64,000 nucleotides of DNA from an uncultured Eubacteriales bacterium. GTDB lineage: Bacteria; Bacillota; Clostridia; Oscillospirales; Oscillospiraceae. Below, piece by piece: positions 10,329-19,632 of the stretch. The translations under genes were made by a program, and so were the position numbers. Every line of letters begins with the position of its first letter. Position 1 is the first letter of the stretch. The notes below the pieces were generated by a model. The model was not told the DNA's origin and did no database searches. It saw nothing but the letters and a program-made list of their open reading frames with translations. The DNA lies in the NCBI GenBank assembly GCA_900549475.1, contig UROF01000004.1, positions 55,884 to 119,883 on the forward strand. Direction: 5' to 3'.

Positions 10329-11111
10329 TTAGTCCAGGGATACCTTCTTGAACTCTTCGATAAAGTCAACGATATAATCAGCAGTGGTCTGGAGCATCTC
10401 ACGGCCCCACTCCTCCGTGGCGGTGTTGGGATGGTCCGGCCCGATCCAGCCGCTGTCGGTAACATGAGTAATGCTTCTGGGGATCTCAACAGTAACACCC
10501 TTAAATTCCACAGAACGGAAGCCCGTGGCCTTCAGGTTGTCGGTGAAGTGATAGAACTTCAGATCGCCGCCGATCTCGCTCTTGTCCACCAGAGAGGGAT
10601 CGATACCCAGAATGGCCGCCGTCTCCTCGCCGCCGCCATGGCCGCCCTTCCACGCAGGATTCATATCCCAGGCCATCAGCCACCAGTTCAGCATAGCAAC
10701 CAGGCAGCCCTTCTTCTCATACTCAAGGGCCAGGCGCTCGATCATCTTCATGTTGCCGCCGTGGCCGTTCAGGAACACGAATTTCCGGGCACCGTGGTGA
10801 TACAGGCTCTCAAATATCTGCTTGCAGAACAGATAGAGCACTTCGTTATCGATATCAATGGTGCCGGGGAAGTCAGCCAGGCTCTGGCAGGCGCCGTAGG
10901 GGATGGTGGGAGCGATGAGGATGTCGCTCTTCTGCTCGATCTTTTCGATCAGGAAATCAGGAATCAGGGTGTCTGTACCCAAAGGCATATGGCGGCCATG
11001 GCACTCGATGCTGCCGATGCTGATAAGCACCATGTCATTCTTGGCAAAATACTCCTGCACTTTGGGCCAGGTCATATTAGAAAGTTTCATGATAAAAGCC
11101 TCCTCGTTCAA
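10329..11111 (-). CDS. creatininase (creatinine amidohydrolase) family protein
   Basis: 260 aa. IGSIECHGRHMPLGTDTL matches the creatininase-family metal site. Confidence 0.8.
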   Translation of the reverse strand: MNEEAFIMKLSNMTWPKVQEYFAKNDMVLISIGSIECHGRHMPLGTDTLIPDFLIEKIEQKSDILIAPTIPYGACQSLADFPGTIDIDNEVLYLFCKQIFESLYHHGARKFVFLNGHGGNMKMIERLALEYEKKGCLVAMLNWWLMAWDMNPAWKGGHGGGEETAAILGIDPSLVDKSEIGGDLKFYHFTDNLKATGFRSVEFKGVTVEIPRSITHVTDSGWIGPDHPNTATEEWGREMLQTTADYIVDFIEEFKKVSLD

Positions 11112-11174
11112 TTAATTATATCATTATTTCATCAATTTGGGCCGCCAACACAGAGCTGACGGCCCAAAAGTCAC

Positions 11175-12755
11175 TTACTGAGCAACCTTTACGGTATCCA
11201 GATTATGATAGCCATTGGCGTCCATCACAAAACCTTCCACCTTCTGGCTGGCTCCCACGTTAATGGAGCTGTAGAAGACAGGAATGTTGTTGTTGATCTC
11301 GTCCAGCTTGATGGCTAACTCCTTGTAAAGCTCCGTCCGGGTCGCCTCGTCACTATTCGTCCGTGCCTCTTCGATCAGCGCATCCACCTCAGGATCAGCA
11401 ATGAAGCTGCGGTTACCGGCAGCACCCTGCTGGGTGGAGTGCTCAAGGGAGTAATAGGAATAGTCAGCATCCGCACTGGAGGTAGTCCAGCCAAAATATG
11501 CCATATCGTGCTCACCATTGGTAGTTCTGGAGATATAGCTACCGAACTCCAGCACTTCCACAGCACACTCTACACCAATCTGCTGGAACATATTCTGAAT
11601 AGCCTGGCACATTTCGATACGGGACTGGTTGTCGTTGACCCAGAGGGAAGTCTCAAAACCATCGGGATAACCAGCCTCAGCCAGGAGTTCCTTGGCCTTC
11701 TCAGGATCATACTCACGTACGCCGGTGGAATAGTAGCCAAATACGCCCGGAGCAATAATGGCATCAGCGGGCTGGCCGCTGCCGGCGTTGATGGTATCGA
11801 TAATGAGCTGACGATCAATAGCGTAGCTCAGAGCCTCACGGACCAGGGGGTTGTTGAAGGGCTCCTTGTTCATGTTCATGGAGATGTACCAGCAGGTCAG
11901 AGAGGGGATCTCATACACGGTGAGCTCAGTAGAATCTTTCAGCTTAGCAACATCGTTTACCGCCATATCGTAGGCCAGGTCGATCTCGCCGGTCTCCAGA
12001 GCAATGGAGCGCTGGGAGGTCTCAGGAATGACCTTCATGATCAGATTCTCAGTGGCAGGCTTGCCGGCATAGTAGTCGTCAAAAGCCTTCAGGGTGACGT
12101 GGTCATTCTGCTTCCACTCCACAAACTGATAGGGGCCGGAACCTACGGGGTTCAGAATAAAGGCAGCCTCATCAGCCTCCACCACAGCCTTGGGAACGAT
12201 GGCTGCGAAGGGGATGGCCAGGTTACGCAGAGCGGGGGCGTAAGGAGCCTTGGTCTTGACGGTCACCGTGTACTCATCATCAACCGTGACGGTATCGATA
12301 AAGTCAACGATGTAGGACACAGCCGCAGAATTGATGGCCCGATCCAGGGAGAACTTGACATCCTCAGCGGTCAGATCACTGCCGTCGTGGAACTTGATCC
12401 CCTGACGGATCTTGAAAACATAGGTCAGTTCATCCACCTGCTCCCAGCTCTCAGCGATCTGGGGCTCGATCTCGTTGGTCTCAGGATTGACCACGACCAG
12501 TGTATCAAAGATCTGGCAGGTAACTTCAACAGCGGGGGTCTCCTTGCCCTGGTGAGGGTCAAGAGAAGTGACGTCTGCGCCCTGGGCCCAAATCAGGGTG
12601 TCCTTATAGCCGGTGGCAGCACCGTCGCCGCTGCCAGCATCACTATTGCCGCTGTTGCTGCTGCCACCATTATTGGTGCCGCCGCAGGCCACCAGCGCGA
12701 GGATGGAAGTCATCGCAAGAACTGTCGCAAGAATACGCAAAAGACGCTTTTTCAT
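11175..12755 (-). CDS. peptide/nickel ABC transporter substrate-binding lipoprotein (SBP family 5)
   Basis: Lipobox LVACGG. 526 aa with SBP_bac_5 architecture. Confidence 0.85.
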   Translation of the reverse strand: MKKRLLRILATVLAMTSILALVACGGTNNGGSSNSGNSDAGSGDGAATGYKDTLIWAQGADVTSLDPHQGKETPAVEVTCQIFDTLVVVNPETNEIEPQIAESWEQVDELTYVFKIRQGIKFHDGSDLTAEDVKFSLDRAINSAAVSYIVDFIDTVTVDDEYTVTVKTKAPYAPALRNLAIPFAAIVPKAVVEADEAAFILNPVGSGPYQFVEWKQNDHVTLKAFDDYYAGKPATENLIMKVIPETSQRSIALETGEIDLAYDMAVNDVAKLKDSTELTVYEIPSLTCWYISMNMNKEPFNNPLVREALSYAIDRQLIIDTINAGSGQPADAIIAPGVFGYYSTGVREYDPEKAKELLAEAGYPDGFETSLWVNDNQSRIEMCQAIQNMFQQIGVECAVEVLEFGSYISRTTNGEHDMAYFGWTTSSADADYSYYSLEHSTQQGAAGNRSFIADPEVDALIEEARTNSDEATRTELYKELAIKLDEINNNIPVFYSSINVGASQKVEGFVMDANGYHNLDTVKVAQ

Positions 12756-12861
12756 GTTCTTTCCTCCTAAGTGTTGATATGGTGCTGGGTCACTTGGTAC
12801 TTATTATTCAAAACCCTGGGTCCGCAGTTTGCAGGCACCCTGGTTATGAATCCGCGCAACA

Positions 12862-13845
12862 TCAAATCTCGCCGTTTTGCACCCGACGGCAAGTCACGAA
12901 ATGATCCGGCTCCTCCTCAGTAAGGACCATATCCGTACCCATGCACGCCTCTGTCGCATAGGGGCAGCGCTTGGCAAAACGGCAGCCCTTCTCCGGGTTG
13001 ACCGGGGAGGTGAGCTCACCCTTCATAGTGATCCGCTGCATGGGCAGATCCGGATCGGGAATGGGGATGGCGGAGAGCAAGGCCTGGGTATAGGGATGCA
13101 TGGGCTTTTTAAACAGCTTGTCCGCCGGTGCCTTCTCTACCATTTGTCCCAGGTACATGACAAGAATGTCATTGGAAACATACTTCACCACGCTCAGGTC
13201 GTGGGTGATGAAGAGATAGGTCAGATCCAGGTTATCCTGCAGATCCTGCATCAGGTTCAGGATCTGAGCCTGGATCGACACATCCAGAGCAGAGACCGGC
13301 TCATCGCAGACGATGAACTTGGGATTGAGGGCCAGAGCCCGGGCGATACCAATTCGCTGGCGACGGCCGCCGTCCAGCTCATGGGGATAGGTGTTGACCA
13401 GACGGTTGGCAAGGCCCACCATATCCATGATCTCGTGAACCTTCTTGTCAATGCCTGCCTTGTCCCTGCGGTCAAAGATCTTCTGCACCAGCAGGGGAGC
13501 TGCAATGGCCTCGCTGACCGTCATACGGGGGTTCAGAGAGGCAAAGGGGTCCTGAAAGACGATCTGCATATCCCGGCGCATGTGCTTCATTTTCTTCTTG
13601 TCGAAGGTGAGCACATCTTCACCCTGGAAATATACATGTCCGGACGTAGGCTCATGCAGGCGGAGGATGGCACGGCCCATAGTGGATTTTCCGCATCCGG
13701 ATTCGCCTACCACGCCCAGGGTCTTGCCTGCATCAATGGAAAAACTGATGTCATCCACCGCGTGGAGCATGCCGTTAGGCACAGGGAAATATTTTTTCAG
13801 GTGTTCTACCCGCAGGATCTCAGCCATTATGCTGCACCTCCTCAC
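12862..13845 (-). CDS. oligopeptide/dipeptide ABC transporter ATP-binding protein (OppF/DppF-like)
   Basis: Walker A GESGCGKST and an oligopeptide-ABC C-terminal domain. Confidence 0.85.
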   Translation of the reverse strand: MRRCSIMAEILRVEHLKKYFPVPNGMLHAVDDISFSIDAGKTLGVVGESGCGKSTMGRAILRLHEPTSGHVYFQGEDVLTFDKKKMKHMRRDMQIVFQDPFASLNPRMTVSEAIAAPLLVQKIFDRRDKAGIDKKVHEIMDMVGLANRLVNTYPHELDGGRRQRIGIARALALNPKFIVCDEPVSALDVSIQAQILNLMQDLQDNLDLTYLFITHDLSVVKYVSNDILVMYLGQMVEKAPADKLFKKPMHPYTQALLSAIPIPDPDLPMQRITMKGELTSPVNPEKGCRFAKRCPYATEACMGTDMVLTEEEPDHFVTCRRVQNGEI

Positions 13846-14806
13846 TGTACCGGAAGCAGCGGACCTTGTGTCCGTCGCTCATCTCCACCAGTGCCGGCTC
13901 CTCTTTGCGGCAGCGCTCCGTGGCATATTTGCAGCGATCGGCAAACTTACAGCCTTCCGGCAGGGCGGTGGGGTCAGGCATCATACCGTCGATGGCCGCC
14001 AGCCGTTTGGCCGTAGTCTCCAGGCTGGGCACAGAATTGAACAATCCTTCGGTATACGGATGCAGGATCTGCTTGTAGACCTGCCGCAGTGTGCCGTACT
14101 CCACCACTTCGCCGGCATAGATGATCGCCACAGTGTCGCAGTTCTGGGCAACCACGCCCAGGTCATGGGTGATCAGCAGCATTGCCGTGTTGTTCTTCCG
14201 CTTCAGGCCGTGGATCATCTCCAGGACCTGAGCCTGGATGGTAACATCCAGAGCAGTGGTAGGCTCATCAGCGATCAGCATCTGAGGATTGCAGGCCAGA
14301 GCGATAGCGATGACCACACGCTGCTTCATACCACCGGAAAACTGGTGAGGATAATCATCGTAACGAGAGGCAGAGATACCTACCATCTCCAGCATCTCCT
14401 CTGCCTGCTTACGGGCTTCATCCTTGGAGAACTCCGGATGGTGAGTAACGATAACCTCCTGGATCTGATGGCCAACTGTCATGACCGGGTTGAGGGAAGT
14501 CATGGGGTCCTGGAAGATCATGGAGATCTGACGTCCGCGGAGCTGACGCATCTCCTTTTCCTGAAGCTTCAGCAGATCGGTCCCATCGTAGACCACCTCA
14601 CCGGAAGTGATCTTTCCCGGCGGCTGGGGGATCAGCCGCATGATGCCGCGGGCCAGGGTAGTCTTACCTGCACCCGTTTCACCTACCAGGCCCAGCGTCT
14701 CGCCTCTGTGAAGCTGCAGGCAGGCCTTGTTCAGCGCCCGGACAACGCCGTCTTCTGTTTCATAGACAACGCTCAGGTCGCGAATATCCAATAAGATGTC
14801 AGACAT
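13820..14806 (-). CDS. oligopeptide/dipeptide ABC transporter ATP-binding protein (OppD/DppD-like)
   Basis: Walker A GETGAGKTT and signature FSGGMKQRVVIAIAL. Confidence 0.85.
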   Translation of the reverse strand: MSDILLDIRDLSVVYETEDGVVRALNKACLQLHRGETLGLVGETGAGKTTLARGIMRLIPQPPGKITSGEVVYDGTDLLKLQEKEMRQLRGRQISMIFQDPMTSLNPVMTVGHQIQEVIVTHHPEFSKDEARKQAEEMLEMVGISASRYDDYPHQFSGGMKQRVVIAIALACNPQMLIADEPTTALDVTIQAQVLEMIHGLKRKNNTAMLLITHDLGVVAQNCDTVAIIYAGEVVEYGTLRQVYKQILHPYTEGLFNSVPSLETTAKRLAAIDGMMPDPTALPEGCKFADRCKYATERCRKEEPALVEMSDGHKVRCFRYSEEVQHNG

Positions 14807-14843
14807 ATCTGTACTTGTCCCTCCTTTGTGACGCAGCGTATGA

Positions 14844-15752
14844 TCAGTTCTTCAGACGGGGGTCGAGGGCATCCCGCAGGCCGTCGCCCATCAGGTTCAG
14901 GGAGAGGATCGTCAGCATGATCCCCAGGCCCGGGATAACCGTTACATGCCATGCATCGCGGATATACACGCGGGCATTGGACAGCATGGCGCCCCACTCC
15001 GGCGTGGGCGGCTGAATGCCCAGGCCCAGGAAGGACAATCCGGCGATGGAAAGGATGGCTCCCGCAAGACCGAGGGTCGCCTGTACGATGATAGGCGCCA
15101 TGGCGTTGGGGATGATGTACTTGAAGATGATCTCCCGGTCATTACAGCCGATGGAGCGGGCTGCCTCGATATAGTCCTGATCCTTAACTGTCAGGACGGA
15201 AGCACGCACAGTCCGGGCGAATGTGGGGATATAAGCGATACCGATAGCGATCAGAACATTGACCAGGCTGGTACCCAGTGCAGCCACGATAGCGGTAGCC
15301 AGCAGCATGGAGGGGATTGCCAGCAGGATGTCCATAAAGCGCATGATAATGGAGTCGGTCAGCTTTCCATAGAATCCGGATATCGCGCCCAAAACACCGC
15401 CGATGCACAGAGAGAAGATAATAGCCAGGCTGCCCATGAACAGGGAGTAGCGGGTACCCCAGAGCATACGCAGAAGCATGTCTCTTCCGAATTCATCCTG
15501 TCCGAAGGGATGCTCCAGGCTGGGCCCTTTCAGGCGGTTGACCAGATCCTGGTTGATGACATAGTTGTTGTAAATCCCGTTCTGGGTGACAAGGTCAATC
15601 ACCATCGTGCCGACGGCAATGATGACCAGGATGGACAGGAACACAAGGCCAACCATTGCCATACGGTTCTTACGGAACCGTCTCCACGCTTCCTGCCAAA
15701 GCGAACGCTGCTTCTTGTTGGCAACAACAGCTTTTCCTTCCAAGTTTCTCAC
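14844..15752 (-). CDS. ABC transporter permease (OppC/DppC-like)
   Basis: Multi-TM BPD_transp_1 permease with an EAA-like loop. Confidence 0.85.
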   Translation of the reverse strand: MRNLEGKAVVANKKQRSLWQEAWRRFRKNRMAMVGLVFLSILVIIAVGTMVIDLVTQNGIYNNYVINQDLVNRLKGPSLEHPFGQDEFGRDMLLRMLWGTRYSLFMGSLAIIFSLCIGGVLGAISGFYGKLTDSIIMRFMDILLAIPSMLLATAIVAALGTSLVNVLIAIGIAYIPTFARTVRASVLTVKDQDYIEAARSIGCNDREIIFKYIIPNAMAPIIVQATLGLAGAILSIAGLSFLGLGIQPPTPEWGAMLSNARVYIRDAWHVTVIPGLGIMLTILSLNLMGDGLRDALDPRLKN

Positions 15753-16699
15753 CGACCCTTCTTGTAAAGAGATTTGATTCTGGGATCAACAAAGGCGTAA
15801 ACAATATCCACCAGCAGGTTCACAATGGTAAACATGGTCGCCATAAAGATCACGCAGCCAAGGACCATGGGGATATCCTTTGACTTGATGGATTCCACCA
15901 TCATACGGCCCAGACCAGGCCAGGAGAACACGGTCTCCGCCAGCATGGCGCCGCCCAGCAGGTTTCCGAACTGGAGGCCCACAGCAGTAATGATGGGGAT
16001 GAGGGCATTGCGCAGCATGTGCTGGAAGGTGACCACCCGTTCACTGACGCCCTTAGCCCGGGCGGTGGATATGTAATCCTGCCGGATGACCTCCAGCATA
16101 GAGGAGCGGGTCATACGGGCCACCATGGCGGCAGAGTTGATACCCAGCGTCAGCGACGGAAGGACCAGACTCTTCAGCATGGGGATAAAGCCCGTTCCCA
16201 TGCCTTGGGAGGGGAGAATTCCCAGCGTCAGGGAGAAAAGCATAACCAGCAGAAGGCCGGACCAGAAGTTCGGCATAGACACGCCGATCAGCGCCAGCAC
16301 CATGCTGATATTGTCCAGCAGCGAATACTGTTTCTTTGCCGAGATGATACCGATGGGGATACCAATGATCAGTGCCACCAAAATACCGGCCACTGCCAGG
16401 ATCGCCGTATTCGGGAATCGATCGATCACCTGATCCCATACCGGGATGCTGTTCTTATAGGACACACCCAGATCGCCCTGGAGCAGTCCGCCCATATAGC
16501 GCACATAGCGCACCAGAATGGGATCATTCAGTCCCAGTTCTTCCCGCTTCATGGCCAGAGCCTCTTCTGTGGCCTGGTCACCCAGAATGATTGCTGCGGG
16601 ATCACCGGGCGACAGATTCAGGATGAAAAACACGATAAATGTTACACCCACAATGACCGGGATCAGCATCAGCAACCGCTTTAAGATGTACTTGTACAT
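15749..16699 (-). CDS. ABC transporter permease (OppB/DppB-like)
   Basis: Multi-TM permease. Overlaps the downstream permease by 4 bp. First gene of the minus-strand operon 16699 to 9234. Confidence 0.85.
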   Translation of the reverse strand: MYKYILKRLLMLIPVIVGVTFIVFFILNLSPGDPAAIILGDQATEEALAMKREELGLNDPILVRYVRYMGGLLQGDLGVSYKNSIPVWDQVIDRFPNTAILAVAGILVALIIGIPIGIISAKKQYSLLDNISMVLALIGVSMPNFWSGLLLVMLFSLTLGILPSQGMGTGFIPMLKSLVLPSLTLGINSAAMVARMTRSSMLEVIRQDYISTARAKGVSERVVTFQHMLRNALIPIITAVGLQFGNLLGGAMLAETVFSWPGLGRMMVESIKSKDIPMVLGCVIFMATMFTIVNLLVDIVYAFVDPRIKSLYKKGR

Positions 16700-16780
16700 G
16701 TGGATTACCCCCGTTCCTCCTTGGTAAATATTTGCCGTGGATCGTCATCGCGCAGAGCTCTTTTTCTTGGAACGTAAAAA

Positions 16781-16810
16781 TTATAATATGCAACGCATTA
16801 AATTGTCAAC
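16781..16810 (-). promoter_or_regulatory. sigma-A type promoter for the minus-strand peptide ABC operon (-35 TTGACA / 18-bp spacer / -10 TATAAT)
   Basis: Minus-strand reading gives TTGACAATTTAATGCGTTGCATATTATAAT, located about 75 nt upstream of the 16699 start. Confidence 0.5.
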
Positions 16811-16892
16811 AATTTTTAAACAATCTAAATAATATAAAAACTATTTGAAATTTTGTTTACATTGCACTATAGCATTATACATATATTTTGTA

Positions 16893-16921
16893 TTGACCTA
16901 CATATTGCTATTATGTATAAT
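16893..16921 (+). promoter_or_regulatory. sigma-A type promoter (-35 TTGACC / 17-bp spacer / -10 TATAAT) for the DegT-like/GntR pair
   Basis: TTGACCTACATATTGCTATTATGTATAAT, followed by RBS AAGGAGG and the ATG at 16954. Confidence 0.5.
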
Positions 16922-16953
16922 AGATATCAAGATTGTTAAGGAGGTAATGCTTT

Positions 16954-17994
16954 ATGAGCGTCATTGGCGGTATGTTTCCTTTTGAAACTGCACTTTCTGT
17001 AGATAATGGATATTTTCAGCAGATATGTCCTTCTGACGGCGACATTTCCTTTATGATGTCAGGCAGATGCGGTATTTTCCGCTGTCTCCAGGATATCTGT
17101 CAACACGATAACCGGAAAGTCGCTTATGTCCCGATCTATACTTGCGAAACCGTCTTGGCCCCTTTTGAAAAAGCAGGATATCAGCTGAAATTTTACGAGC
17201 TGGATGAAAACCTCCACAGCATTTTTGACGAGCGTGTCCTCGACGAGATCAGCGTTCTCTCCCTGTGTGGATACTATGGCTTCTGTTCCTATGACCACGA
17301 CTTTGTCCGTGCGTGCAAAGACCGGGGGATCGTCATCTTTGAAGATGTGACCCACTCTCTCCTCTCCTCCGACGGGATCGATCCGCTGTGCGACTACGCA
17401 GCAGGAAGTTTCCGCAAGTGGATGGGTGTATCCTGCGGCGGCTTTGCCATGAAGCGGAAGGGAAAGTTCACGGCACCACTGCTTCCTGTGGACGCCCACC
17501 ATCTGGAACTGCGGGATAAGGCCATCTCTCAGTCCAGCGGCGATGTATTCTGGGAGGGAGAACTGCTGCTGCGGAAAATGTTTGACAGTTTTGGCAGCGA
17601 TGACCGGTCGGAGTTCATTCTCCGGCATGCCGACCTGAAAACCATCTGTTCCCGGCGGCGAGAAAACTTTGCCGCTATTCTTCAGGGGCTTCCTGGCAAT
17701 CTGTCCGGCTTCCGGCCGGTGTTTCCCGTGCTAACCCCGGAGGCTGTTCCCAGTCACTTCACATTGTACGCAGATGACCGGGACGGCTTCCGTCAGTACC
17801 TGGACGAGAGAGGTGTACACTCCACTGTGTACTGGCCCGTAGGTCCGCTGGTGGATCTGACCGGCCACGACACAGCCAAGTACATCTACGACCACATTGT
17901 CGCTCTCCCCTGTGACCAGCGATACACTGCCAGCGACATGGCCCGTATCGCGGAGGTGCTGACAGACTATTCCGAACATAGGAGGAATGTATGA
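16954..17994 (+). CDS. DegT/DnrJ/EryC1/StrS-like PLP-dependent aminotransferase-fold enzyme
   Basis: Motif layout matches the DegT fold: SGR...VPIYTC.TV..F..AG....FYELDEN, then a candidate catalytic-Lys motif SFRKWMGVSCGG. Confidence 0.5.
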   Translation: MSVIGGMFPFETALSVDNGYFQQICPSDGDISFMMSGRCGIFRCLQDICQHDNRKVAYVPIYTCETVLAPFEKAGYQLKFYELDENLHSIFDERVLDEISVLSLCGYYGFCSYDHDFVRACKDRGIVIFEDVTHSLLSSDGIDPLCDYAAGSFRKWMGVSCGGFAMKRKGKFTAPLLPVDAHHLELRDKAISQSSGDVFWEGELLLRKMFDSFGSDDRSEFILRHADLKTICSRRRENFAAILQGLPGNLSGFRPVFPVLTPEAVPSHFTLYADDRDGFRQYLDERGVHSTVYWPVGPLVDLTGHDTAKYIYDHIVALPCDQRYTASDMARIAEVLTDYSEHRRNV

Positions 17995-18746
17995 AAAAAG
18001 ATTCAGCCGTTAACCGAAACAGTTACTCTGAAAAAGCGCTTTTATATTTAAGAGAGCAGATCATCAACGGGAACCTGCATCCCCAGGAAAAGCTCATCGA
18101 AAGTGATATTGCCCAAGCTTTGGGCATAAGCCGCGGTCCTGTCCGCGATGCACTGAAGCAGTTGGCTGTAGAGGGTCTGGTAGATTATCAGCCCAACAAA
18201 GGCTGTACCGTGGCGCTGATCTCTCCCCGGGACGCCTACGAGGTCTTTTTCCTCCGAGGCAATCTGGAAAAACTGGCCCTGGAAAAAAGCGGATGCCATA
18301 TTAGTGATTATGGGATCTTTGTTATGGAAACGGCCCTGGATGAAATGCGGGCTGTCTCCGGAACAGAAAATACGATGGCGGAAGTCAATGCCGACGAGAA
18401 ATTCCACCGCCAGATCGTCCTGGCCAGCCAGATGGACCGTCTCGTAAAGATGTGGGAGCTGCTCAGTCCTTTGAACGGCGCCATGTTCCTTTCCCTCAAA
18501 AACGCCAACAACTCCCCTCTTGCCAAGGTTTTGGAGCCTACACGCCGCAGAGATCTGGTAACTCCTCATGAGATGATCCTCAATGCCATTAAAAAGGGTG
18601 ATCTGGCAGAGGCTTACAACCAGCTGGATACCCACTATACCAAAAACGGCGAACGGGTATACCGTTTGTCTCTGATGAGCGAGTCCAGTACACTGGACCC
18701 CACCACAGGAGAAGTTCTCTCTTCCTCCGGCAAGGCTGGAGCCTGA
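17991..18746 (+). CDS. GntR family transcriptional regulator (FadR/FCD C-terminal domain type)
   Basis: wHTH segment (KLIESDIAQALGISRGPVRDALKQLAVEGLV) plus a C-terminal FCD-like helical domain. 4-bp overlap with the upstream gene. Confidence 0.8.
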   Translation: MKKDSAVNRNSYSEKALLYLREQIINGNLHPQEKLIESDIAQALGISRGPVRDALKQLAVEGLVDYQPNKGCTVALISPRDAYEVFFLRGNLEKLALEKSGCHISDYGIFVMETALDEMRAVSGTENTMAEVNADEKFHRQIVLASQMDRLVKMWELLSPLNGAMFLSLKNANNSPLAKVLEPTRRRDLVTPHEMILNAIKKGDLAEAYNQLDTHYTKNGERVYRLSLMSESSTLDPTTGEVLSSSGKAGA

Positions 18747-18797
18747 CCCTTCTTCTTACTCATCACCGAAGGCAAAAGGTGATTCCCCCTATTTTCA

Positions 18798-18840
18798 CAA
18801 AAAAGGAGCGCAGACACATGATCTCTGCGCTCCTTTTATT
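18798..18840. terminator. bidirectional terminator
   Basis: AAAAAAGGAGCGCAGA-CACATGAT-CTCTGCGCTCCTTTTATT, with an A-run before and a T-run after. Confidence 0.6.
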
Positions 18841-18872
18841 GCCAAAAGCTAAGCGTTCCATATACCGCCCAT

Positions 18873-19619
18873 TCAGATCTGCGGTGCCTGGGCAAAGCAG
18901 TGCATATGCAGCGGCCCCAGAACCTTCAGGCCCTCCCCTAATGCAAATCCCTTATCCTTTGCCAGCTGCTGACCCTGCATGGTAAAGTAGACCCGATACA
19001 GCCCCAACAGCTCCTCGCTCATCTGGGTCCGGTGCAGCGCCATTGCGGCAAATTTAGCCTCAAAGGTGTCCGTGATATCCACCACCGTATTGGGTGCCTG
19101 TGTGAAATAAAAACCAATAGCGGGGCATTGCCACGGAGTGGTGTCCGTGTCCCGCGGATACTTGGCTAGGGAGGATGAGATAAATGCCTGAGCGGCAGCG
19201 CGACCGGTGACCACGTGATCCTGGTGGGCCTCGTATAGAGCCCAGGGGTCCGGACAGAACATCACATCAGGCTGGATCGTCCGCACCAGCTCCGCGATCT
19301 TCCCTGCCAGGGCCGGCACATCCGACAGGGAGCCGTCAGGCTCATCAAAAAAGTGGAACACCTTCGCTCCCAGGGCTTCTCCGGCAGCAACGGTCTCCTG
19401 CCGGCGCAGCACTGCCAGCTCTGCCGGATCGATGGGGCCTCCCTGGGCACCAAGGTCGCCGTTGGTCACGGTGAGATAGTGGATCTCGCAGCCCTTTGCA
19501 GCCAGGGCCGCCACGATCCCTCCCATACCGATCTCATTGTCATCGGGGTGGGGCTGGATGCACAGTGCACGTCTGGCGGACATGATCTCCGGCGGGGTCA
19601 GAAAAGCAGAAATATCCAT
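18873..19619 (-). CDS. PIG-L/LmbE family N-acetylglucosaminyl deacetylase
   Basis: HPDDNEIGMGG zinc-binding motif typical of LmbE/PIG-L deacetylases. Confidence 0.75.
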   Translation of the reverse strand: MDISAFLTPPEIMSARRALCIQPHPDDNEIGMGGIVAALAAKGCEIHYLTVTNGDLGAQGGPIDPAELAVLRRQETVAAGEALGAKVFHFFDEPDGSLSDVPALAGKIAELVRTIQPDVMFCPDPWALYEAHQDHVVTGRAAAQAFISSSLAKYPRDTDTTPWQCPAIGFYFTQAPNTVVDITDTFEAKFAAMALHRTQMSEELLGLYRVYFTMQGQQLAKDKGFALGEGLKVLGPLHMHCFAQAPQI

Positions 19620-19632
19620 GGTCAGTCTCCTC

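Noticed and set aside
9330-11159. 609-aa + strand ORF
   Set aside because: Antisense to the M42 peptidase and creatininase genes, whose motifs are clear. Composition is biased (H/G/R/L).
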